From positions 2,053-66,052 of the forward strand of contig UQID01000011.1 in NCBI GenBank assembly GCA_900541045.1: a stretch of 64,000 nucleotides of DNA. Direction: 5' to 3'. The position numbers and the translations under genes are program-made. Position 1 is the first letter of the stretch, and each line of letters opens with the position of its first letter. The notes beneath the pieces were generated by a model, which did not search any database, was not told the DNA's origin, and worked only from the letters and a program-made list of their open reading frames with translations. Below, one piece after another: positions 19,782 through 28,446 of this stretch. Source of the stretch: an uncultured Collinsella sp. GTDB taxonomy: Bacteria; Actinomycetota; Coriobacteriia; Coriobacteriales; Coriobacteriaceae.

Positions 19782-20507
19782 ATGGGCTTCCTTGACGAGA
19801 TTAAAAATAAGATGCACCTGGGCGGCCAGCAAGGTTACGACCAGGGCTATGACCAGGATGACGACTACGGCTACGATGACGGCTACGATGATGGCTATCA
19901 GAACAACGGCTACAGCGGCGCCTCGGGCGAGGGCTTCTATACCCAGGACGAGCCGAGTAACGGCCTGCTGGGCCAGACACGCCGCGGTGAGGCCGAGTCG
20001 GTCGCCGTGTATACGCGCTCCGGCCAGCTGGTCGGCGATGACTCGCGTCATGCAACGACATACAATCCGCCGTCGCGTTCTCAGGATAGTGCCGCAGGCG
20101 GCTATCGCCCCGGCGCTTACGACACGCCGTCGAGCTATGCCGAGAGCGCCCGTGCTCGTGCCGCGGCACCTGCGCCCGCTTCTGCGCCGAGCGACGCCTC
20201 GGCCTATGCAAACAACATCATTAACGCCACGCCGCAGCTGCCTGCCTATGTCCTGCGTCCCGAGAGCTACGACGATGTCGAGACCGTTGTCCGCCGCGTG
20301 CGCACCAAGCAGCCCGTTGCGCTGATTTTTGTTGGCGTTCGCACCGAGGTCGCCAAGCGTGTCCTGGACTTTAGCTATGGCTTTGCCTGCGGTCTGGGCG
20401 CTACGGTCAAAGAGGTGGGCGATCGCGTGTTTATGGTGCTGCCCGCCGGCTGCGAGGTCAAGGATTCGGACCTCAAGAAGCTGCGCGCCGACGGCTACCT
20501 TAAGTAA
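19782..20507 (+). CDS. sepF: Cell division protein SepF
   Basis: N-terminal amphipathic MGFLDEIKNKM; C-terminal domain PESYDD...AKRVLDFSYG; canonical position after yggS. Confidence 0.88.
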   Translation: MGFLDEIKNKMHLGGQQGYDQGYDQDDDYGYDDGYDDGYQNNGYSGASGEGFYTQDEPSNGLLGQTRRGEAESVAVYTRSGQLVGDDSRHATTYNPPSRSQDSAAGGYRPGAYDTPSSYAESARARAAAPAPASAPSDASAYANNIINATPQLPAYVLRPESYDDVETVVRRVRTKQPVALIFVGVRTEVAKRVLDFSYGFACGLGATVKEVGDRVFMVLPAGCEVKDSDLKKLRADGYLK

Positions 20508-20528
20508 ACCCAAGACGAGGAGATTCTC

Positions 20529-20810
20529 ATCAACATCTACACCATTGTCCAGCTGGTCAACACGCTGTTCAACTTCTACTCCACACTTATTGTGGTCTAT
20601 TGCTTTATGACGTGGATTCCCATGAAGCAGGGCGGCCTGCTGCAGGATATCGCCGCGGTGCTCGATAGCGTCTGCGGTCCGTGGCTCAACCTGTTTCGTC
20701 GGTTTATTCCGCCGATGGGCGGCGTTGATTTTTCGCCGGTCGTTGCGATTATTGCGTTGCAGTTGGTGCAGAGGCTGATTCTGCAGCTTCTTATAGGTAT
20801 ACTCGTATAG
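20529..20810 (+). CDS. yggT: YggT/YlmG family membrane protein; probable non-AUG (ATC) start
   Basis: TWIP...PWLNLFRRFIPPMGGVDFSPVVA motif. The hydrophobic N-terminal helix extends upstream of GTG 20592 to a GAGGAG RBS (20517-20522). Confidence 0.85.
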   Translation: MNIYTIVQLVNTLFNFYSTLIVVYCFMTWIPMKQGGLLQDIAAVLDSVCGPWLNLFRRFIPPMGGVDFSPVVAIIALQLVQRLILQLLIGILV

Positions 20811-20872
20811 TACTGGCTCAGTAACTTACGTCGGGCGCCCGGCGCCAAGGCGATGATAAAGGAGAACTTGTT

Positions 20873-21550
20873 ATGGCTATTACCCCTGCTGACATCCAGG
20901 CTCAGACTTTCTCTGAGGCCAAGCGCGGCTATGATCCCGCCGAGGTCGACGTCTTTTTGGAGACGCTGTCCTCCGAGGTTGACGCTATGCTTGCCAAGAT
21001 TGTCGATCTTAAGGGTCGTCTGACTGCCACCGAGCAGCAGCTTGCCGACACGCAGGCCCAGCTTGCCCAGGCTCAGGACGCTGCCGCTCAGGCCGTTCCC
21101 GCCGCTCCTGTGGCCGCTCCCGCACCCGACTTCTCCGCTCAGGAGCGCCAGATCTCCGCTGCGCTGATTGCTGCCCAGCAGACCGCCGAGGGCATCGTCA
21201 ACGATGCCAACGAGAACGCTGAGCGCATCCGCAACGAAGCCGACGCCAAGGCCCGCGAGGTCATCCGTCAGGCCCTGACCGAGAAGCAGGCCGAGCTCGA
21301 GGAGATCGACCGTCTGAAGGCTTCCCGTGAGGAGTTCAAAGCCGAGTACCTCAAGCTCATCCAGCACTTCATGGACGATGCGCAGAATTCCTTCCCGTCC
21401 GACCTTATGGCCTCCACGCCGGTCGGTTCTGCGGCTTCTCCTGCAGTGACCGTTCCCGCCGCCGAGCCGCTGCCTGTCGCTGATCCGGTTGTTCCCGTGG
21501 CTGACCCCTTCGCCCCGATCGACAACTTTGCCGCCGACGACCTGGACTAG
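20873..21550 (+). CDS. divIVA: DivIVA/Wag31 family polar growth protein
   Basis: MAITPADIQAQTFSEAKRGYDPAEVDVFLE N-terminal domain followed by coiled coil. Confidence 0.93.
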   Translation: MAITPADIQAQTFSEAKRGYDPAEVDVFLETLSSEVDAMLAKIVDLKGRLTATEQQLADTQAQLAQAQDAAAQAVPAAPVAAPAPDFSAQERQISAALIAAQQTAEGIVNDANENAERIRNEADAKAREVIRQALTEKQAELEEIDRLKASREEFKAEYLKLIQHFMDDAQNSFPSDLMASTPVGSAASPAVTVPAAEPLPVADPVVPVADPFAPIDNFAADDLD

Positions 21551-21576
21551 CGCCAGAGCTACAATCTCGTGCCCTT

Positions 21577-21608
21577 AAGAGGAGCTCGCACCTGCGGGCT
21601 CCTTTTTT
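21577..21608 (+). terminator. Rho-independent terminator ending the dcw cluster
   Basis: AGGAGCTCGC-ACCT-GCGGGCTCCT stem followed by a T-run. Confidence 0.8.
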
Positions 21609-21920
21609 AGTAGATTTTTGGGATATGCCTTAATTTCTACCTTTTATCAATTTTATATACGGTGCTCCGCAGAGAGCCTGTCACAAGCTCGATATGCTTG
21701 AGAGACAATCCGATGCGTCATTTCACATTGTGGGTGAAAGCCCCCGCAATCATTGACTAAGTTCGATATGTTCGAAATCCATATCACGTACATGGGTAAT
21801 AACGGTATATGTAGGCTCGTAAGTAGTCAAAGTAACCGAACCGGGGCAGAAAGGTGCGCAAACAAACCGCGACGAACAGCTTCTTCCGCATTTCCTTAGG
21901 CAAGCGAAAAGAGGGATGGC

Positions 21921-22349
21921 ATGATGGCCAAGAGCTACGTAAAGATTGTAATTGTTGTTCTTGCAGTTGGTCTTGCAATGGCGCTATGTGCATCGTTTGC
22001 GACGTATAGGTCCGAGCAGTCGTTTATTGATGGCGCTGAAAATGGGTTTGGCATAGACGGGATGTATGCCAGCGGTGATGCAATCAGGCCGTCTATGGCG
22101 ATTCTTGCGGGCGAAGATATGGAATGGCAAATCTGTAATGCCGATGGCTCTTGTATGAGTGGTCGTTTGGCTGCAACAAGCGATCCGAATTCGTTTGATC
22201 TTCTCGACGATGACGGAGCGGATTGCGGTTCTGTTCACCTGTCATATGCATCGCGAGATGGGATGGACGGCATTCTCTATGTCTCTCACAAGATTGGTGA
22301 TTTCAAGATGCGCAGGACTAACCGCGTGCCGGCTTTTATTGAGGAATGA
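21921..22349 (+). CDS. Hypothetical exported or membrane-anchored protein
   Basis: 142-aa ORF with an N-terminal hydrophobic segment; GAGGG RBS; AT-richer codon use than neighbours. Confidence 0.6.
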   Translation: MMAKSYVKIVIVVLAVGLAMALCASFATYRSEQSFIDGAENGFGIDGMYASGDAIRPSMAILAGEDMEWQICNADGSCMSGRLAATSDPNSFDLLDDDGADCGSVHLSYASRDGMDGILYVSHKIGDFKMRRTNRVPAFIEE

Positions 22350-22448
22350 TGGTTGCCGTGTTAGTCGCCTACAGCTCGGCCATGTATTCGTGAAAGCTGT
22401 TCCATCTGTATTCCAATAGGGAAGCGCGTGCGCCCTGGGCGCGAAAAC

Positions 22449-22482
22449 GCCGAGCTCTGCGTGTGATAGGGCAGAACTCGGC
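22449..22482. terminator. Hairpin between convergent genes
   Basis: GCCGAGCTCTGC ... GCAGAACTCGGC inverted repeat with one mismatch. Confidence 0.45.
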
Positions 22483-22527
22483 GAAGGGCGCGTGGTAAAA
22501 AGGAGATTTTAGGGCATGTGCCAAAAA

Positions 22528-23058
22528 CTACTTGAGGAGGAAGTCGGAGAGGGGAATGGTGCGGGCATCGCGATGCTCGGGATCGGCGATGTGGTCGGCA
22601 GGATAGCCGCAGACGAGCATGTGATAGGGATAGACGCCCTCGGGTAGGTTGAACCGCTCTCGGGCTAGCTCGGGCTTAAAATGGCATACCCAACACGTTC
22701 CCAGGCCTTGCTCCTCGGCCTCCATCATCATTTGATCGCAAACAATCGAGGTGTCGATAGCGCTGGAGTTCATCTGGTCATAGGGGCGAACCCAAGCGTC
22801 GTCGGTAACGCTGCAAATGAGGAAGATGAGCGGAGCGCCAAAGATGGACCCATCACGAGCAAACCGAGGCTGACAAGCAGCCGCCTTCTCCAAAAGCTCG
22901 GGCGTATCCAACACCATCACACGGGTTGGATGATTATTACAAGCAGAAGGAGCAATACGCCCAGCCTCAACAATGGCATCCACCACAGCCTGCTCCACAG
23001 CCCGATCCTCAAAAGAACGACAAGAATACCGAGCCCGAGCCAAATCCAAATACCCCAT
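22528..23058 (-). CDS. Nitroreductase family protein
   Basis: RYSCRSF, AGRIAPSACN, EQGLGTCWV; GGAGGA RBS before ATG 23058. Confidence 0.9.
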   Translation of the reverse strand: MGYLDLARARYSCRSFEDRAVEQAVVDAIVEAGRIAPSACNNHPTRVMVLDTPELLEKAAACQPRFARDGSIFGAPLIFLICSVTDDAWVRPYDQMNSSAIDTSIVCDQMMMEAEEQGLGTCWVCHFKPELARERFNLPEGVYPYHMLVCGYPADHIADPEHRDARTIPLSDFLLK

Positions 23059-23272
23059 AACCAAATCCTCCAAAGTCAGCAAATCAATCCAAAGTAAAAC
23101 AAAGGGTACCCAAAGCCCCATCCAGCCAAACGTTTAAGGCGGTTCCAAAGTATCCAATCCGGCCCCAAGGCCCTGCCAACAAAAGCCCCATCGCTTTCAA
23201 AGTATCAGCCAAAGTTCCCAATGGTGGTACGTAAGTGGTCGGGCCCGCGACCGCCGGGACACGTACCCCCAA

Positions 23273-23896
23273 TTAACTGTTCTTCATGACAATCGAATCC
23301 ACGACATCAGCCACATTCTCGCAGCAGTCGGCGCAGTACTCCAGGAAAGCGTAGACGTCACGCCAGGCGATGACCTCGAGCGGGTCCTTGCCATTGACGT
23401 GCAGGTTGCGCATGGCGTTGATGTAGAGCTCATCGGCCTCGGACTCAATGGTGTTGATCTGGATGACCAGCTCGCGCAGGGTCTTGGACTTGCGGTAATT
23501 AGGCAGCTCGACCATAAGGTCCTTCATGGCGCGGCAGGCGTCGGTCACCTTGTGGGCGATGACAATGGCATCGGGGTGGATGCTCTGGATGTTGGTGAAG
23601 TAGACGCGCTGCACGACGCCCTCGATACGGTCAAGCACAGTGTCGAGCGAGCAGCTCATCAGGTCCAGATCCTCGCGCTCAAGCGGGGTGATAAAGGCAG
23701 TGAGCAGGGCATCCTCGAGCTCATGGTGCTTCTTGTCGGCCGCATGCTCAATCGCATGCATCTCTTCGAGCATGCCGTGGATCTGCGCGGGATCAAAGTT
23801 CTCAAAAATCTTGATGAGCAACTCTGCGGCCTGGACAGCAAGGTCGGCGCAGGCGACGTAGTTGTCAAAGTAGAACGAATCGGGTTTCTTTGCCAT
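23273..23896 (-). CDS. DUF47 / phosphate transport regulator (PhoU-like)
   Basis: EHAADKKHH, AFITPLERED, ESEAD, DCCENVADV; directly downstream of a Pit gene. Confidence 0.88.
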   Translation of the reverse strand: MAKKPDSFYFDNYVACADLAVQAAELLIKIFENFDPAQIHGMLEEMHAIEHAADKKHHELEDALLTAFITPLEREDLDLMSCSLDTVLDRIEGVVQRVYFTNIQSIHPDAIVIAHKVTDACRAMKDLMVELPNYRKSKTLRELVIQINTIESEADELYINAMRNLHVNGKDPLEVIAWRDVYAFLEYCADCCENVADVVDSIVMKNS

Positions 23897-23963
23897 GAGT
23901 GGGTCCTTTCGAGGCGAAGACGGGTGGGCGAGGTATTGCGGTCCGGATGGACGTTCGGTTTGA

Positions 23964-25013
23964 CTAGATGAACATCATGAACAGCTTGGCCATGACAAAG
24001 CTGATAAGTCCGCAGGCGGGGAAGGTGAAGAACCAGGTGAACATCATGTCCTTGACGACACCGAAGTTGATCGCCGAGAGGCGCTTGACGGCACCGACAC
24101 CCATAATGGCGCAGGTCTTGATGTGCGTGGAGGACACGGGGATGCCGGTGAGCGTGGCAAGCAGCAGGTTTGCGGCGCCCGCCAGGTCGGCGGAGAAGCC
24201 CTGGTACTTTTCGAGCTTGACCATGCTCTGACCGACAGACTTGATGATGCGCTCACCGCCCACGCTGGTGCCGATGCCCATGGTGGCCGAGCACAGCAGC
24301 ATGATCCAGATGGGGATGCCGGCATCGCCGACGCTCGTCTGCCCGCTGGCAAAGGCGACACCTAAAAAGAGCACGCCGATAAACTTTTGTCCATCTTGCG
24401 CGCCGTGCATAAAGCTCATGGCCGCGGCACTTGCGATCTGAGCATATTTAAAGAAGACATTGGCACGTCGCCTGTTGGCGGCGGCGAAAAGAATCGAGAC
24501 GAGCTTGCACAGGACCCAGCCCATGATAAAGCCCAGGCCGATGGAGAGCGCCAAGCCGTAGATGACCTTCATCCACTCGTGGACGTTGACGCTGCTCGCG
24601 CCGCCGAGGGCGATTGCGGCACCGGTCAGGCCGGCGATAAGGCTGTGGCTTTGCGAGGTGGGGATGCCAAAACGCGATGCCGTGGCGCCGTAGACGACGA
24701 TGGAGAACAGCGCCGCGCAGAGGCATGCGAGCGCCATGGTGCTGTTTCCGCCAAAGTCGACGATATGTGAGATGGTGTTGGCGACGCTCGCGTTAAAGTG
24801 CGTCATGATGAGCACGCCGAGGAAGTTGAATGCGGCGCTCATGAGAATGGCTGCGCGGGCGGGCATGCAGCGCGTGGTGACACAGGTCGCGATGGCGTTG
24901 GGCGCGTCGGTCCATCCGTTGACGAAGATAGCGCCGAGCGCGAGGATCACGGTGACGGCAAGGACTGGGTTCGACACAATTTGGCCGAGGAAGGCTGAGA
25001 ACGTTACGTCCAT
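23964..25013 (-). CDS. pit: Inorganic phosphate transporter, PiT family
   Basis: NGWTDAPNAIAT, GIPTSQSHSLI, HGAQDGQK, GIPVSSTH signature motifs. Confidence 0.92.
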   Translation of the reverse strand: MDVTFSAFLGQIVSNPVLAVTVILALGAIFVNGWTDAPNAIATCVTTRCMPARAAILMSAAFNFLGVLIMTHFNASVANTISHIVDFGGNSTMALACLCAALFSIVVYGATASRFGIPTSQSHSLIAGLTGAAIALGGASSVNVHEWMKVIYGLALSIGLGFIMGWVLCKLVSILFAAANRRRANVFFKYAQIASAAAMSFMHGAQDGQKFIGVLFLGVAFASGQTSVGDAGIPIWIMLLCSATMGIGTSVGGERIIKSVGQSMVKLEKYQGFSADLAGAANLLLATLTGIPVSSTHIKTCAIMGVGAVKRLSAINFGVVKDMMFTWFFTFPACGLISFVMAKLFMMFI

Positions 25014-25235
25014 ATATGGGCTTTCTCGAAGTTTGCAGGCACGTTACAAAAACATGATAAATCGTATCACCTCCTGCGGGTTTCTTTACCGAGTTCTGAT
25101 GGGAGAAGTGAATTTTTTGGCACTAACATTGAATATTTGCCCTGTTGACCGCGGGTGTTCTTTTTGCTAGCACGCCATGAGGACACGTGCGCGCCCCAAC
25201 ATCCCAAAACCACAGCCTGTTCGCTTTACAATATG

Positions 25236-25249
25236 CAAACATGCGTTCG
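25236..25249 (+). promoter_or_regulatory. Putative LexA (SOS) box within a promoter
   Basis: CAAAC-ATGC-GTTCG, one mismatch from the Gram-positive CGAAC-N4-GTTCG box, lying between TTTACA (25225) and GATAAT (25249). Confidence 0.6.
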
Positions 25250-25261
25250 ATAATAGGAGGT

Positions 25262-25600
25262 ATGGAATATCGACAGACAGATGGTAAAACTCGACGCGTG
25301 CACAAGCAGTATGTGGACGTCGTGGCCCGCATCCTCGCGGGCGGACAAGTCGTGCCGGTTACCGTCTGCTGGGTCGACGGTCGCTGTTTTACGATCGACG
25401 AGATTGTCTCATCCACCGGTTTTGGCCTAACGGTTCACGGCATTCGTACGGCAACCTATAAGGTTCGTTTTGGTGGGCATGCGACCGAACTGTATCTGGA
25501 AGAACAGGCGCGCGAGCGACCGGATGGCTCGCAGGCCCATCTGATGCGTTGGTGGGTGTGGGCATTCGACCGTACGCTCGAGAGCGGGCGCCGCAGGTAA
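25262..25600 (+). CDS. Small conserved-looking hypothetical protein, probably SOS-regulated
   Basis: AGGAGG RBS before ATG 25262; KQYVDV...G.VVP..V.W.DGR.F.IDEI...YKV...LYLE...RWWV pattern. Confidence 0.75.
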   Translation: MEYRQTDGKTRRVHKQYVDVVARILAGGQVVPVTVCWVDGRCFTIDEIVSSTGFGLTVHGIRTATYKVRFGGHATELYLEEQARERPDGSQAHLMRWWVWAFDRTLESGRRR

Positions 25601-25679
25601 GAGCGCGCGGCATTCGGGTACAATGGCAGGAATCTTGTCACCTACGGCGCTGTCGCGGCGCTTTTGAAAGGACGATATT

Positions 25680-26375
25680 ATGAACGATATCCAGGGTTAT
25701 CAGAACGGCCCCATTGAGACCGGCGCAAGCCGTGCCAAGGAGATGTCGCCGCGTGCGTACAACCTTGCCATGTCTGCCCTGATCTTTTTGGGCTTTTGCG
25801 CCATGGGTGCCGGTGCTTACTTTACGAGCACCATGGCGTTCGCCCGCATGATGATGAGCGGCGCCGCCTTGCCGCTGGTCTTTGGCTCGTTTATTTTGAC
25901 CATCGTCGGCATGGTCATGATGTCGGCCGCCGCGGGCAAGCAGTCTGTGGGTCTGTCCCTTGTGGGCTACGTAATCTTTGCGAGTACCTTTGGCCTGACC
26001 GCGTCGTTTGGCCTTGCCAATTACGACCTGCCCACCATCAACACTGCCTTTATCGCCACGGCCGCCATCACCTTTGTCTTTGGTGCGCTGGGCGTGACCT
26101 TCCCCAAGTTCTTCCAGCGTGTGTACGGCATTGGTTTTGGCATCCTGCTTGCCACGATTCTGGTCGAGATCGTGCTGATGTTTATGGGCGTCTCGCAGTC
26201 CATCACCGACCTGATCGTGATCGTGGTGTTCGCCGGCTTTATTGGCTACGACACCTATGTGGCCACGACGGTGCCGCCCACGCTGCCCAACGCCGTGCTC
26301 ATGGCATCCAACCTGTTCGTGGACATCATCAACGTGTTCCTGCGCATCCTGAACATCCTTGGTCGTCGCGACTAG
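25680..26375 (+). CDS. Bax inhibitor-1/YccA family membrane protein
   Basis: About 7 TM segments; FAGFIGYDT and LFVDIINVFLRIL motifs. Confidence 0.88.
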   Translation: MNDIQGYQNGPIETGASRAKEMSPRAYNLAMSALIFLGFCAMGAGAYFTSTMAFARMMMSGAALPLVFGSFILTIVGMVMMSAAAGKQSVGLSLVGYVIFASTFGLTASFGLANYDLPTINTAFIATAAITFVFGALGVTFPKFFQRVYGIGFGILLATILVEIVLMFMGVSQSITDLIVIVVFAGFIGYDTYVATTVPPTLPNAVLMASNLFVDIINVFLRILNILGRRD

Positions 26376-26418
26376 TGCCAAATTGCAGCGGTGCTTGCGC
26401 ACGTGTAAATCGATGCGG

Positions 26419-26447
26419 AAGGCGGTCCTTCGGGGCCGTCTTTTTTG
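26419..26447 (+). terminator. Rho-independent terminator
   Basis: AAGGCGGTCC-TTCG-GGGCCGTCTT stem followed by a T-run. Confidence 0.8.
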
Positions 26448-26511
26448 TGCGTGGCGGGGTATCATGGATGGAAAAGCCGATAGCGGCAGAGACCGAGAAA
26501 GGTGACCACTT

Positions 26512-27654
26512 ATGGCAGACGTCGACAACAGGAACCGTAACCGCAGACCCAATCGCGCAGGGCAGCCCAATCCCAAGCGCGAGGCCCGTGCCAAGGCCGC
26601 CGAGCGTCACGTGGCGACTGTGTCCGAAGCGTGCGCCAAGGATATCGAGCGCTCGCTTGCAGGCGTGCGCGAGTTCGACGGTATGCCTGCCGGCTTTGTC
26701 GCGGCGATGAAGGCCAAGGCCCAAGCGGCTGCGGCTGCCGAGGAACAGGTTGCCGAGGAGTCTGAGGCCGCCGAGGAGCCCGAGGTCGAGGCCGCTGAGG
26801 TTGCATCCGCCGAGACCGAGGTTGCGGCCGAGCCTGCACCCGCCGAGGAGGCCACGGAGACCGAGTCCGCGCCTGCCGCCGAAAAGCCCACTCCGGTCCT
26901 GCCCGAGGTCACTGTGCTTGATGCCTCCGCCACGCAGGCAATCCTCGATAACGGCCGCGGCTATGCGCAGTTCTGCGATATGGCTGTGCTTGCCTTTGCT
27001 TCGTTTACCAATCCGGGCGGTGGCTACATCCAGGGCTATCTGGGCCAGGAGGCTACGCTCTGTGCCGATTCGTACCTGTACAACGTCCTCGATAAGCAGC
27101 GCAAATGGTACGGCGAGAACCGTCGCCGCAGCATCAACTGCGAGCTTTACCGCAACCGTGCGCTGGTGGTGCCCGCCGTGCGCTTCGACCGCAACCACGT
27201 GCACGCATACGCCGACGTGATCGTTGCCGCCGCGCCCAACGCCAAGCGCGCTCGCCAGGAGTATCGCGTGGGTGACGATGCCCTGCTGGACGCCCTGCGC
27301 GATCGCATCCGCTTCGTGCTTGCCATCTGCGACGAGCTGGGTCGCGAGAAGCTCGTGCTGGGCGCTTGGGGCTGCGACAACAACGGCTTTGATGCCGAGA
27401 CCGTGGCCGAGCTCTTCCGTAAGGAGCTCGCGTCGGGCGACTTTAAGGTCAAGCAGGTCTTCTTTGCCGTGCCCTCTACGCGCTGGGACGAGGATTTTGC
27501 CAAGTTCGAGCACGTGCTGGCAAACTTCCCCGAGCGCAACGAGGAGTCCTATGCCCAGGTTGCCGCTCGCGCTGCGGCTGCTCGCGCCGCCGAGCAGGCC
27601 CAGGCTGCTGCCGAGGACGATGAGGACGAGGACGATTGGCGCAAGTACCTGTAA
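26512..27654 (+). CDS. Bacterial PARG-like macrodomain protein (TIGR02452/DUF2263-like) with an acidic Ala/Glu-rich linker
   Basis: VLAFAS..NPGGGY..G..GQEATLC, DVIVAAAPNA, LVLGAWGC motifs. Confidence 0.8.
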   Translation: MADVDNRNRNRRPNRAGQPNPKREARAKAAERHVATVSEACAKDIERSLAGVREFDGMPAGFVAAMKAKAQAAAAAEEQVAEESEAAEEPEVEAAEVASAETEVAAEPAPAEEATETESAPAAEKPTPVLPEVTVLDASATQAILDNGRGYAQFCDMAVLAFASFTNPGGGYIQGYLGQEATLCADSYLYNVLDKQRKWYGENRRRSINCELYRNRALVVPAVRFDRNHVHAYADVIVAAAPNAKRARQEYRVGDDALLDALRDRIRFVLAICDELGREKLVLGAWGCDNNGFDAETVAELFRKELASGDFKVKQVFFAVPSTRWDEDFAKFEHVLANFPERNEESYAQVAARAAAARAAEQAQAAAEDDEDEDDWRKYL

Positions 27655-27731
27655 TCGGTACGTGCCGACAGATAGGTCGAGCCGGCGGGAGGGCTGCTCC
27701 CGTCGGCTTTTTACTAAAGGAAGGGCTTACG

Positions 27732-28391
27732 ATGAAAAACGTTCTGTGCTTTGGTGACAGCAATACCTATGGCTACGATCCGGCAGGTATGCGCGACGGC
27801 ACCGCGGTGCGCTATGTGCACGATGTGCGCTGGTGCGGCGTGGCACAGCGTGACCTGGGCGAGGACTGGCACGTAATTGAGGAAGGCTTAAACGGCCGCA
27901 CGACGGTGCGCGACGATATGTGCCATCTGGATACTAATCTCAACGGTATTCGCGCGTTGCCGATGCTGCTCGAGGCCCATAAGCCGCTGGATGCGATCGT
28001 GATTATGCTGGGCACCAACGACTGTAAGACGGTCTTTAACGTGGGGGCTGCCGATATCGCTGACGGTGCCATGGCGCTGATTCGCACCGTCCGCGCGTTT
28101 CCCTGGACCGAAGCCGCGCCCTGCCCGCGTATTCTGCTGATGGCGCCTATCAAGATTAAACCGCAGATCGCCGATGTGTATATGACCGACTTTGACGAGC
28201 ACTCCGTCGAGGCCTCGGAGCATTTTGCCGAATACTATAAGTATGTTGCCGAACAGTTTGGCTGCGACTTTTTGAATGCCGCCGATTTTGCCGAGCCGGG
28301 CGATATCGATTATCTGCACATGATGCCCGAAAGCCACGAGAGCCTGGGCCACGCCGTGGCAGCCAAGCTCAAAGAGATGCTCGGAGAGTAG
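27732..28391 (+). CDS. SGNH/GDSL hydrolase
   Basis: CFGDSNTYG, EEGLNGRTT, MLGTND, DYLH catalytic blocks. Confidence 0.92.
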   Translation: MKNVLCFGDSNTYGYDPAGMRDGTAVRYVHDVRWCGVAQRDLGEDWHVIEEGLNGRTTVRDDMCHLDTNLNGIRALPMLLEAHKPLDAIVIMLGTNDCKTVFNVGAADIADGAMALIRTVRAFPWTEAAPCPRILLMAPIKIKPQIADVYMTDFDEHSVEASEHFAEYYKYVAEQFGCDFLNAADFAEPGDIDYLHMMPESHESLGHAVAAKLKEMLGE

Positions 28392-28446
28392 CGCGGCCCA
28401 AAGCGCTACAAAAGTTCCCCTTGCGGCGGCTTGTTTCGTTGGTTTG

